Of a DNA stretch of 35,865 nt, positions 19,701-26,993 are shown in pieces. Position 1 is the first letter of the stretch, and each line of letters begins with the position of its first letter. The notes under the pieces are model-generated. The model searched no databases. It saw only the letters and a list, made by a program, of their open reading frames with translations, and had not been told where the DNA came from. Source of the DNA: Gemmatimonadaceae bacterium (GTDB lineage: Bacteria; Gemmatimonadota; Gemmatimonadetes; Gemmatimonadales; Gemmatimonadaceae); contig JBBDYA010000046.1 of assembly GCA_040902005.1 (NCBI GenBank), forward strand, positions 1 through 35,865, written 5' to 3'. Both the position numbers and the translations under genes were made by a program.

Positions 19701-20232
19701 CTGCCTCGAACTGCCTCGTGCCGCTGTTGGCGCCTATAAGCGTGCCCGTCGGCGCGACGGCGATCGTACCGGCGGCGTTCACGATGGCGCCGGTGCCCGG
19801 TGACAGCTCAAACCGTCCATGCGCCGTCACGTCCGTTCCCACGATTAACGTTCCCTGAGTCATCCGAAGGATCGGCTGCACGGACGCGCCGGGGTCGCCG
19901 AGGAACACGCTGAGAGCCGGCACCGTGGTCGTCGCGAAGGCCGCGTGCAGGGTGACGATGTACGACCCCGGCAGGTCGATGCACGCCGGGGTAGTGGCCG
20001 CCGGAACGCCCGCCGTCCAGTTCGCGGCGGTCAGCCAGTTGCCGTTGACGGCGCTCACCCACTTTGTCGCGCCAGCCGGACACGCCGTGGGCAGGTCCGC
20101 GGCACTGATGTGCGCTGCGTCGGCATCAACGCGGGTGGGCGCCACGAGGCGGTCGCCCCGGCAGCTCGCCGCGAGCAACAGGGCCGCGGCAAATGAGACC
20201 TGGACACTGAAACGGCGAGCGGTGCGGATCAT
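16735..20232 (-). CDS. Large surface lipoprotein with passenger-like beta-helical repeats and Ig-like C-terminal domains (~1165 aa)
   Basis: Lipoprotein-like signal MIRTARRFSVQVSFAAALLLAASC; GNWLTAANW; G/T/N-rich repeats; LAPGASPG...YDQITVTG; two GWNNTDVT...D..SG repeats; C-terminal IWPPN...GRVYT...VPHDQG. Start could instead be ATG 20241 or 20256. Confidence 0.8.
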   Translation of the reverse strand: MIRTARRFSVQVSFAAALLLAASCRGDRLVAPTRVDADAAHISAADLPTACPAGATKWVSAVNGNWLTAANWTAGVPAATTPACIDLPGSYIVTLHAAFATTTVPALSVFLGDPGASVQPILRMTQGTLIVGTDVTAHGRFELSPGTGAIVNAAGTIAVAPTGTLIGANSGTRQFEAAIIQNDGTINAGSGLSLRGATIVNRGSIILASGRQLLVRGPTSGGAPTVTFDAGTVDAAGTLQQQDGTLIVTGGTVTGILNLIAVDELRIEHDAGGRFNLTPLGGIVPPTTSRLNGTIGTTQHVWMGSNHLTVETSGLVNQGLLTVEHLGAFQKTGTVLRIEPDAILLNEGTLTLVSGANSNAGLFGAITNAPAGVITNVGSGVPGIAPTPLINNGTLRVATSHLRVVAAPDGSAPEVVLNGGTVESTAGQYQQNGGTLAVSGGTVHGTLDLIALTELRLEHDGGGRFDLFALGGQVPTTISRLSGTIGPTQHVWMGSNHLTVETSGLVNQGQLTVEHLGAFQKTGTLLRTAPGATLVNEGTLTLVSGANSNAGLFGAITNAAAGVITNVGSGVPGVAPTPLINNGTLRVATSQLRVVAAPDGSAADVRFEGGRLELTGSYSQTGGAFRYHGATVTGSGAATFSGVRFSGFGTWGRTLPLTGASVLAPGASPGRFAISGDYSPSTTTVTEIELAGGEPGTGYDQITVTGTARFLGSLSVTLTDGFVPHPCQTFHVVTYGTRTGTFANATTPIDVGGGMKLRQVYTATNLVLVAYNANGPNVHPTQVEVSVDGATDTYDVCIGAGVDVITVSPDDQVTVDKATLTFGASQLPQTVTVSVSPTATRSEALIRHTASSGTPVGSVDVLISGIVPSDVDPPTTTASATPAANVHGWNNTDVTVSLTSSDAGSGVAEILWSLSGAQAGSATVAGSAASVIVSAEGQTTLTYFARDVAGNQESPKTLDVRIDQTPPSVTVTRDPLANSNGWNNTDVTATFTATDALSGIDGAASDQVVFTNEGADQSAARTFHDRAGNSASATIGNISIDKTPPAVSCSATPNEIWPPNRQLVPVSIAVLVEDAISGAGGFLLERTSSNEPEPKPVPGSGPFTGDIMDFVTGTPDTYGSVRAWRLGNGTGRVYTFEYRGFDLAGNSATGACEVRVPHDQGRGRR
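18431..19570. repeat. Internal tandem duplication, period 570 bp (190 aa)
   Basis: 18431-18630 vs 19001-19200: 8 mismatches in 200 bp by manual count; the remainder of the unit is more diverged. The right end is approximate. Confidence 0.92.
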
Positions 20233-20266
20233 GGTGAGCATCTGCTTGACACTCATGGAATGGGAC

Positions 20267-20359
20267 GGGACCATGGTAGGGACGGCGCGCACGCCGTAGG
20301 TGGAGGACGCAACTGGCGCACGTGTAGACCTCATCGCGAGTCTGTCAGACTTTCCTGAC
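20267..20359 (-). promoter_or_regulatory. Promoter family B, copy 1: GTCAG-N6-CTGAC palindrome, CAC(G/C)T boxes, -10 TACCAT
   Basis: Aligns without gaps to 33209-33301 (63/93 identical by manual count); lies upstream of the large surface-protein gene. Confidence 0.7.
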
Positions 20360-20398
20360 CCGAGTGATCCGATCGGCTGGACGGCATCTTGCCGCCAC

Positions 20399-20983
20399 CT
20401 AGCGCGGCGGGTAGATGACGTCGCCGATGCTGATCGTGCCGATCAGGTCCACGCGGTTGCCGCCGGAGAGATGGCTGTCGAGCCGCCACACCGCGATGTT
20501 CTGTGCATGGACGTGCAGGGTAAACCCCGCTTTGCTCGGCACGACCGGCTGGGCCACGGCGACCCAATCCGTCTCGTGGGCGATGCCCTCCTCGCCGATC
20601 ACGTCCTGGCCATAGAGGCGGACGTGGGTGATGCGGCCGTTCTTCCCCTTCTCGATGCGCACGTTCAACGCGACATCGTCGCGCAGCGGATACGGCTCGT
20701 ACGTCGTGCTCGCCCAGAGCGGCGTGACGATCATGCACTCACTGTGGCCGAACACGACCGCCCAGCCGGTGCCGACAAACGGTTGAGACGGACAAGTGCT
20801 CGCGAGCGCCGGCGCATCCGAGTCGGCCAGCTGAAGGTCGCCCTGAAGCACGTCGGCGCCCGTTGACGACTTTGCGGCCGCGACCTCGCCGGCGATGTCG
20901 CGCAGCGTCGCTGTGGGAGTTTCCGAGCATGCCATCGCCAACGTGCACAGGAGAGGCAGCGAACGGCTCCATGCGTGTGTCAT
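20399..20983 (-). CDS. Hypothetical lipoprotein (194 aa)
   Basis: GGAG RBS before ATG 20983; MTHAWSRSLPLLCTLAMAC lipobox; beta-rich mature part; no family recognised. Confidence 0.75.
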   Translation of the reverse strand: MTHAWSRSLPLLCTLAMACSETPTATLRDIAGEVAAAKSSTGADVLQGDLQLADSDAPALASTCPSQPFVGTGWAVVFGHSECMIVTPLWASTTYEPYPLRDDVALNVRIEKGKNGRITHVRLYGQDVIGEEGIAHETDWVAVAQPVVPSKAGFTLHVHAQNIAVWRLDSHLSGGNRVDLIGTISIGDVIYPPR

Positions 20984-21054
20984 CGACTTGTCTCCGGTTG
21001 GGCGCCGCTCTGGAGAGCGGCATGGGATTGAGTGCTGTGGCCTGTGGACGAGCA

Positions 21055-21185
21055 CAGACAAGCCACGTGCCGGACGGCGGCGCTTCGCGTAAGAGATTGC
21101 GCGTCATGCGATTCGGTGATGTTGCGCGTGTCGTTGGCCGGGAGCGCTAGGTAACGGCGCGTTACAACGAACGCCGAGGCGTTAC
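21055..21185 (-). promoter_or_regulatory. Sigma54-type promoter module A1 (UAS + IHF-like site + -24/-12)
   Basis: Minus strand: GTAAC half-site (21181-21185), palindrome GTAACGGCGCGTTAC (21151-21165), CAATCTCTTA (21090-21099), CGGCACGTGGCTTGT (21058-21072). Confidence 0.75.
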
Positions 21186-21222
21186 GCGATGTGGGCCGCA
21201 CCTCAGCTGGCGAAGGTCTCCG

Positions 21223-22380
21223 TCACCTCACCCAGTATGGCCCCTGGTCGTTCGCCGCCGGATTGCCCGTCAGATTGAAGGCGCCGGTGCCATCGGCATT
21301 CATGATGTAGATCTCGCTGTTGCCGTCCCTTTCCGTTGCGAATGCGATCCGTTGACCATCCGGTGACCATGTCGGCGCCACGTCGAAGCCCGGCGTGCTG
21401 GTCAGCCTCGTCAGTCCCGTGCCGTCCGCATTGATGGCATAAAGATCCAGATCGTTTCTCGGATTCCCGTTCGGACCCGCGGCACGAATCGATGCGAACG
21501 CGATCCGCGTGCAGTCCGGCGACCAGCGCGCCGTATTCGTGATGACGTTGTCGTGTGTGATGCGGCGCACGTCGCTGCCGTCCGCGTTCATGGTGTAGAT
21601 GTCGGCTTGCCCCTGCGCATCGGACCGTGTGTACGCGATGCGGTTGCCGCACCAATGCGGCTCGTTCTCGAAACCGGCACTGCGCGTCAGGTTCACGGGC
21701 GCGCTGCCGTCCGCGTTCATCACGAAGATGTCCGACGTCCCGTCACGGCTGCTCATGAAGGCGATCCTGGTGCCGTCCGGCGAAAACGCCGGATACACGT
21801 CCGTTCCGGGGTGCTGCGTCAGATTCCTCAGGTCGCTGCCATCGGCGTTGACAATGAAGACGTCCGGATTGCCGTCGCGCGGAGAGGTGAACGCGATGCG
21901 CGAGCCATCCGGAGAAACGCCCAACAGGAAGCCCTGACCTGGCGTGATCATTACCGTCGGTCCAGTACCGTCCGACCTGACGGACCAGATATCGAAGACG
22001 CTGGCGGCCGTCCGATTCGAGGCGTAGACCAGGCCGAGCGGAACCTGCACGCAATTGACCTCGAAGGTCGTACCGACGCTGCTGCCGGCGGCGACTGTCA
22101 CCGTTCGCGGGTTGGGGTCTGCCACCGCGCAGTTCTCTGCCACATCCTTCAACTCGACCACGTGATCGCCAGCCGACAAGCCGGTGACGCTGATCGTTCC
22201 CGTGACGCGCAGCGTCAGGCCGCCCACGATGACTGTGTAGCCGTCCGCGTCCCGGTGCACGCCAGCGGTGGTCACCGTGACTTGCACCGTGGCGCCGAGC
22301 GGCTCGCTGGGTCCGCTGCCTGCGTCGCCGCACGCGGCGATCAGGATGGCGACCACCGGGAATGTGGTCGTCGCTTTCAT
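21223..22380 (-). CDS. TolB-like (PD40 repeat) beta-propeller lipoprotein with N-terminal Ig-like domain (~385 aa)
   Basis: MKATTTFPVVAILIAAC lipobox; repeats SPDGSRIAFTS, FSPDGTRIAFMS, WSPDGQRIAF, IYIMNADG. Confidence 0.88.
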   Translation of the reverse strand: MKATTTFPVVAILIAACGDAGSGPSEPLGATVQVTVTTAGVHRDADGYTVIVGGLTLRVTGTISVTGLSAGDHVVELKDVAENCAVADPNPRTVTVAAGSSVGTTFEVNCVQVPLGLVYASNRTAASVFDIWSVRSDGTGPTVMITPGQGFLLGVSPDGSRIAFTSPRDGNPDVFIVNADGSDLRNLTQHPGTDVYPAFSPDGTRIAFMSSRDGTSDIFVMNADGSAPVNLTRSAGFENEPHWCGNRIAYTRSDAQGQADIYTMNADGSDVRRITHDNVITNTARWSPDCTRIAFASIRAAGPNGNPRNDLDLYAINADGTGLTRLTSTPGFDVAPTWSPDGQRIAFATERDGNSEIYIMNADGTGAFNLTGNPAANDQGPYWVR

Positions 22381-22393
22381 GATGAGGCTCTGT

Positions 22394-23614
22394 TCAACGG
22401 CTGCGCGCCATTTGGCTTGCGCCAATACTGCCCCAGTCGTCCGCCTGCTCGTTCACTGAAGTTTCGAGCAACGCTCGCTTGCCACTGCCATCGGCGTTCA
22501 TGATCCAGACGTCGTAGTTGCCCTGCGCGACGCGGTGGCTGTACATGATTCGTCGACCATCGGGTGACCAGATTGGCCGCACGTCGATTTCGGGGGCGTC
22601 CGTCAGACGGACCAGGCCGGAGCCGTCAGCGTTCATGACGGCGATGTCGTACGCGTCGTCCACGCCGAAGCGTGTCGTCGCGAATGCGATCAATGTGCCG
22701 TCGGCTGACCAGGTGGGATTGCCATCGAGCCCCGGATCGTTCGTCAACCGGATGGTACCAGTTCCATCGGCGTTCATGACGTAGATCTCCTGGTTTCCGT
22801 CGCGCTCGCTCATGAACGCGATGCGCGACCCATCCGGCGACCACTCCGGGTCGGCATCAAGCGCAGCGTTGAACGTCAAACGCTGCCAGGTGCCGCTCCC
22901 GCTCACGTCGATGACATAGATCTCTCCGCTGTTCGGCCCCTCCGCGGTATTCCACGAGTAGAATGCGAGCCGCGGCCCGTCCGGTGACCACCGCGGCCAC
23001 GAATCGCGCGTCTCCGGTGACCGCGTGAGGTTCTGCACGTTCGATCCATACGCGCTCATGAGGTAGATCTCCTCATTGCCATCGCGATTCGACGTAAATG
23101 CGATCCGGGTACCGTCAGGCGATATGGCCGCGAAATAGTTCTGCCCTACAGTGGTGAGCGCCCGCACCTGGCTCCCGTTCTCGGTCATGCTGTGGAGGGT
23201 GCCGCCGATGTATACGATCAGGCGCTCCGGACCCACCGTCGGGCACTGAAGCTCGAACGCGACGTCACTCGTGTCGGTCGGCGTGACGACAGCGACGCGA
23301 TCGGCCAAGCCGCTCAGTTGGCACCACCCAGGTACCCCGTTCAGTCGCACGGTGTGCGATCCGACTGTGGTCAAGGCGAACACCACGAGCCCATTCGGGC
23401 TGATGTTTTGTCGAGTGTCACCCACCGACACCTGCATCGACGCAGGCACGTCGTCTCCGCTCGTCAGCGTCCGCACTGCCACCCACCCTACCGGTTCTGC
23501 CACGAGTGGCGTGTCGCTTCCGCCGCAGCCGGCGAAAACGCTGACGCCGATAGCGGCTATGAGCTCCGGCATTGTCAGGGCTACAGACTTTGCCCACACC
23601 AGTCGTCCTGCCAT
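22394..23614 (-). CDS. TolB-like (PD40 repeat) beta-propeller lipoprotein with N-terminal Ig-like domain
   Basis: Lipobox VFAGC; repeats SPDGTRIAF, WSPDGSRIAF, IYVMNADG. Start may be ATG 23572. Confidence 0.88.
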   Translation of the reverse strand: MAGRLVWAKSVALTMPELIAAIGVSVFAGCGGSDTPLVAEPVGWVAVRTLTSGDDVPASMQVSVGDTRQNISPNGLVVFALTTVGSHTVRLNGVPGWCQLSGLADRVAVVTPTDTSDVAFELQCPTVGPERLIVYIGGTLHSMTENGSQVRALTTVGQNYFAAISPDGTRIAFTSNRDGNEEIYLMSAYGSNVQNLTRSPETRDSWPRWSPDGPRLAFYSWNTAEGPNSGEIYVIDVSGSGTWQRLTFNAALDADPEWSPDGSRIAFMSERDGNQEIYVMNADGTGTIRLTNDPGLDGNPTWSADGTLIAFATTRFGVDDAYDIAVMNADGSGLVRLTDAPEIDVRPIWSPDGRRIMYSHRVAQGNYDVWIMNADGSGKRALLETSVNEQADDWGSIGASQMARSR

Positions 23615-23626
23615 GGAAGTTTCTCT

Positions 23627-23755
23627 CAGACAAGCGACGTGCCGAGCGATGCGCTTCCCGTAAGCGATTGCGCGTCATGCGCTTCGCGTCGCGATGCATT
23701 CCGTTGACCGGGCTTCCAACGTAACGGTGCGTTACGACGCGCTTCGTGACGTTAC
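23627..23755 (-). promoter_or_regulatory. Sigma54-type promoter module A2 (UAS + IHF-like site + -24/-12)
   Basis: GTAAC half-site (23751-23755), palindrome GTAACGGTGCGTTAC (23721-23735), CAATCGCTTA (23661-23670), CGGCACGTCGCTTGT (23630-23644). Collinear with A1 and divergent from the NtrC-family gene. Confidence 0.78.
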
Positions 23756-23833
23756 GCGACTATCCGTGGGGGGTTGCTCGCGCGCCTCGTTCCCTCTTTC
23801 CTCGACCAGCAATGCGAGTAACATTGCGGCGAC

Positions 23834-25192
23834 ATGCCACGCTCGCTCCTGATTGTGGACGACGATGCGCGCGTGCGCGCTTCGCTCTCCGACGCGCTCG
23901 CCGCGCACGCCGACCAAGTGACCGCGGTGGAGAGCGCCGAGCGGGCGCTGTCGGTGATCGCCGAGACGCGGCCGGACGTCGTGCTTTCCGACGTGCGCAT
24001 GCAGGGCATGGATGGGCTGCAGCTCCTGCGCCTTCTGCGAGAGCGCATGCCCGGCCTGGACGTCGTGCTCATGACCGCGTACGACGACCTGGCCACGGTG
24101 GCCGCGGCCATGCGCGCCGGCGCCGCGGACTTTCTCGTCAAGCCGCTGGACCTGCACCAGCTTCGCTCGGTCCTCGACAAGGTGTTCGCCGACCGCGAGG
24201 CGCGCGCCCGCCGACCGAGCGACGCCGAGGACGACGCGAGCCGCACCACGCAGTACGAGCTCGTCGGCCGCGACCCTCGCATGGTCGACATCTTCAAGAT
24301 TGTCGGCCAGGTGGCGGCCTCGCGCACGACGGTACTGATCCGCGGCGAAAGCGGCACCGGCAAAGAGCTGATTGCGCGAGCGATCCACTCGACGTCGCCA
24401 TACGCGTCCGAGCCGTTCGTGGCCGTGAATTGCACCGCCCTGCCATCCACGCTGCTCGAATCCGAGCTGTTCGGCCACATGCGCGGGTCGTTCACCGGCG
24501 CGACGGCGGACCGGCGCGGCCGCTTCGCGCAGGCGGGCCGGGGCACGATCTTCCTCGACGAGATCGGCGACACGACTCTGGAATTCCAGAGCAAGCTGCT
24601 GCGCGTGTTGCAGGAGCACGAGTTCCATCCCGTGGGAGCCGATCAGCCCCAGCGCGCCGAGGCGCGCGTCATCGCGGCGACGCACCGCAACCTCGAACGG
24701 CTCGTCCAGAGCGGCGAATTTCGCGAAGACCTGTACTACAGGTTGCGTGTCGTGGAGATCGCGATCCCGCCGCTGCGTGAGCGCATGAGCGACGTGCCGG
24801 CGCTCGCTAAAGCGCTCGTGCGCCGCGTGAGCGAGACGGCGGGACGTGAGGCGCCGGTGCTGGCTCGCGAATCGCTCGACGCGATGATGGCGCACACATG
24901 GCCCGGCAACGTCCGCGAGCTGGAGAATGCCGTCACGCGCGCCGTCGTGCTGGCGACGGGGGGCGTGATTCGCCCGGAGCAGCTGGCCATCGGCGCTCCG
25001 CCGGAGGACGCGGGCGCTGCGCCATCGCTGACGACGCTCGAGGCGCGCGAAGCCGAGCACGTCACCCGCGTGCTCGAGACGGTGCAGTGGCACAAGGCGC
25101 GCGCCGCCAAGATCCTCGGCGTCTCCCGTCCCAGGCTCGATCGCCTGCTCAAGAAATACCGCATCGAAATACCCGATCGCGGGCCGTCGTGA
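23834..25192 (+). CDS. Sigma54-dependent NtrC-family response regulator (REC-AAA+-HTH, 452 aa)
   Basis: LIVDDD, SDVRM, KP; GESGTGKE, ESELFGHMRGSFTGA, FLDEIG, FREDLYYRL, WPGNVRELEN; Fis-type HTH KARAAKILGVSR. Confidence 0.96.
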   Translation: MPRSLLIVDDDARVRASLSDALAAHADQVTAVESAERALSVIAETRPDVVLSDVRMQGMDGLQLLRLLRERMPGLDVVLMTAYDDLATVAAAMRAGAADFLVKPLDLHQLRSVLDKVFADREARARRPSDAEDDASRTTQYELVGRDPRMVDIFKIVGQVAASRTTVLIRGESGTGKELIARAIHSTSPYASEPFVAVNCTALPSTLLESELFGHMRGSFTGATADRRGRFAQAGRGTIFLDEIGDTTLEFQSKLLRVLQEHEFHPVGADQPQRAEARVIAATHRNLERLVQSGEFREDLYYRLRVVEIAIPPLRERMSDVPALAKALVRRVSETAGREAPVLARESLDAMMAHTWPGNVRELENAVTRAVVLATGGVIRPEQLAIGAPPEDAGAAPSLTTLEAREAEHVTRVLETVQWHKARAAKILGVSRPRLDRLLKKYRIEIPDRGPS

Positions 25193-26859
25193 TGCGGACC
25201 CTGCGGCCCGCCTTGTCGTTTCGCTCGCGCATCCTTCTCATCGTGGTGACGGGCGCGGTGATGCCGCTCGCCCTCATCGGTTTCTGGCTCACGCGCACAT
25301 CCGCGCGCTCGGGTGAAGAGCTGCTGCGCAACCGCCTGCGTCAGGCGCTCGATCAGGTCGTGCAGGACGTCGGCAGCCGATGGCTGGCCCAGCGGTCGGA
25401 GTTGATCTCCTTGACCGAGCACCCGGCGCTGCAACAAGCGCTGGCGGGGGGCGCGCAATCCGGCGCCGAGGGAGGGCCCATGGGCCGCACCCCATCGGCG
25501 TTCGCAGATCGCGTCGCTCAGTTGGGGCCATCCCTCGAGCACGTGACCGTGCGCGATGCGCGCGGGCAGACGCGGTGGATCCTCGACCGCTCCGTGGAAG
25601 ATGAGCCGCCGGGCAGCGTTCGCGAGCCGTTGCTCGGGGTGGAGTTTCCAATTCACAATCGCATCTCCGGTGATCGCCTCGGTACGCTGGCCGCTCGCAT
25701 TCACGCGAACCGCACGCTCGGTCAGCATCCGACGCTGCTCGCGGCGGGAGCCGTCCTTGGCGCCTTCGATCGCCACACGGGCGCGCCTCTGTTGCCGTTG
25801 CCGTTGGATCGCACGATGCTGGTGCGGGAGCGCTTTCCCTGGGGAGGAGACGAATGGTTGAGCGAGCGGCGCGTGCTCGCCGATCCGCCTCTCGAGCTCA
25901 TCGGCGCTGCACCCCTCGGCCCGTTCATCCGGCCGTTCGAGCGCGCCGCACGACGGGGCGTTTGGATACTCCTGGTCGTTTCCGGTGTGAGCGTCGCCGT
26001 CGCCGTCATGCTCACGGGACGCATGACCCGAAAGCTGGAGCGGCTCACGACCGCCACCGAGGCGGTCGCAGGCGGAGACCTCGATCGGACCGTCGACTCG
26101 ACCGGAAAGGATGAAGCTGGACGTCTCGCGCGCTCATTCAATTACATGACGGCGAGCTTGCGCCGCACGCTTGGCGAGCTTTCACAGCGCGAGGCGCTGG
26201 CGGCGGTGGGCGAGTTCGCGTCCGGGCTGGCCCACGAGGTGCGCAATCCTCTGACCGCGATCCGCGTCGATCTGCAAATGGTGCAGGAACAGCTCCCACC
26301 GGGCTCGCGCGCACTGGCGCTACAGGATCGCGCCCTCGCCGAGATCCAGCGGCTCGACCGCACGGTGTCCGGCGCATTGTCCGTTGCGCGCAGCGGACGC
26401 ATCGCACTCGTCCCGATCGATCCGCGCGTCCCTCTGCGCGCCGCGATGGACAACGCCGACCCTGTCTTCCGCGCTCGCGGCGCATCGGTGTCCTTCGTCG
26501 ACAACGGCGCTCAGGAGGTGCGCATCAACGGCGACGCCGCGGCGCTCCAGCAGCTCTTTCTCAATCTGCTGCTCAACGCGGCGCAAGCGCTGGGCGAAGG
26601 CGTGGGGGGCAGCGCGACGATTTCCGTTCAGCGGCGGAATGGACACGTGGTGATGTCGGTCAGCGACAACGGGTCGGGTATCCCCGAGGAGGCGCGCGAA
26701 AAGGTCTTCGAGCCGTTCTATTCGACGAGGCCGCAGGGCACCGGTCTCGGTCTCGCCATCGCCCGCCGGATTGTGGCCGCGCATCAGGGCGAGATCCGCA
26801 TCGAGAGCGCGCCACGAGTGGGGACAGCGGTGTACGTAACGATGCGTGCCCTCACGTAA
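25192..26859 (+). CDS. Sensor histidine kinase with HAMP domain (~555 aa)
   Basis: Start overlaps the regulator stop (TGATG); two TMs, HAMP (DEAGRLARSFNYM), H-box AHEVRNPL, NLLLNAAQA, DNGSGI, FEPFYST, GTGLGL. Confidence 0.95.
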   Translation: MRTLRPALSFRSRILLIVVTGAVMPLALIGFWLTRTSARSGEELLRNRLRQALDQVVQDVGSRWLAQRSELISLTEHPALQQALAGGAQSGAEGGPMGRTPSAFADRVAQLGPSLEHVTVRDARGQTRWILDRSVEDEPPGSVREPLLGVEFPIHNRISGDRLGTLAARIHANRTLGQHPTLLAAGAVLGAFDRHTGAPLLPLPLDRTMLVRERFPWGGDEWLSERRVLADPPLELIGAAPLGPFIRPFERAARRGVWILLVVSGVSVAVAVMLTGRMTRKLERLTTATEAVAGGDLDRTVDSTGKDEAGRLARSFNYMTASLRRTLGELSQREALAAVGEFASGLAHEVRNPLTAIRVDLQMVQEQLPPGSRALALQDRALAEIQRLDRTVSGALSVARSGRIALVPIDPRVPLRAAMDNADPVFRARGASVSFVDNGAQEVRINGDAAALQQLFLNLLLNAAQALGEGVGGSATISVQRRNGHVVMSVSDNGSGIPEEAREKVFEPFYSTRPQGTGLGLAIARRIVAAHQGEIRIESAPRVGTAVYVTMRALT

Positions 26860-26950
26860 TGAATCATTGCGCGGCCACCCATGGCTACGAAGCGCGAAGT
26901 GCTGACGGCGCAAGCACATACGCATATGCGGCCCTCGGTCCGCAACTTGG
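26836..26950 (+). promoter_or_regulatory. Degenerate sigma54-type promoter module A3
   Basis: GTAAC (26836), GTAATGAATCATTGC (26856-26870), gcgaagtgctgacggcgCAAgcacATAcg (26894-26922), CGGTCCGCAACTTGG (26936-26950). Same element order as A1/A2, with a spacer 10 bp shorter than A2. Confidence 0.5.
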
Positions 26951-26993
26951 TAGGTACGGCATTCGGAGTACTGACACGCACCGGTATCTCACC

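Noticed and set aside
21055..23755. Duplicated intergenic blocks as IS ends, att sites or ncRNA
   Set aside because: No transposase or integrase and no target duplication; conservation is confined to promoter-like boxes at fixed distances upstream of genes.
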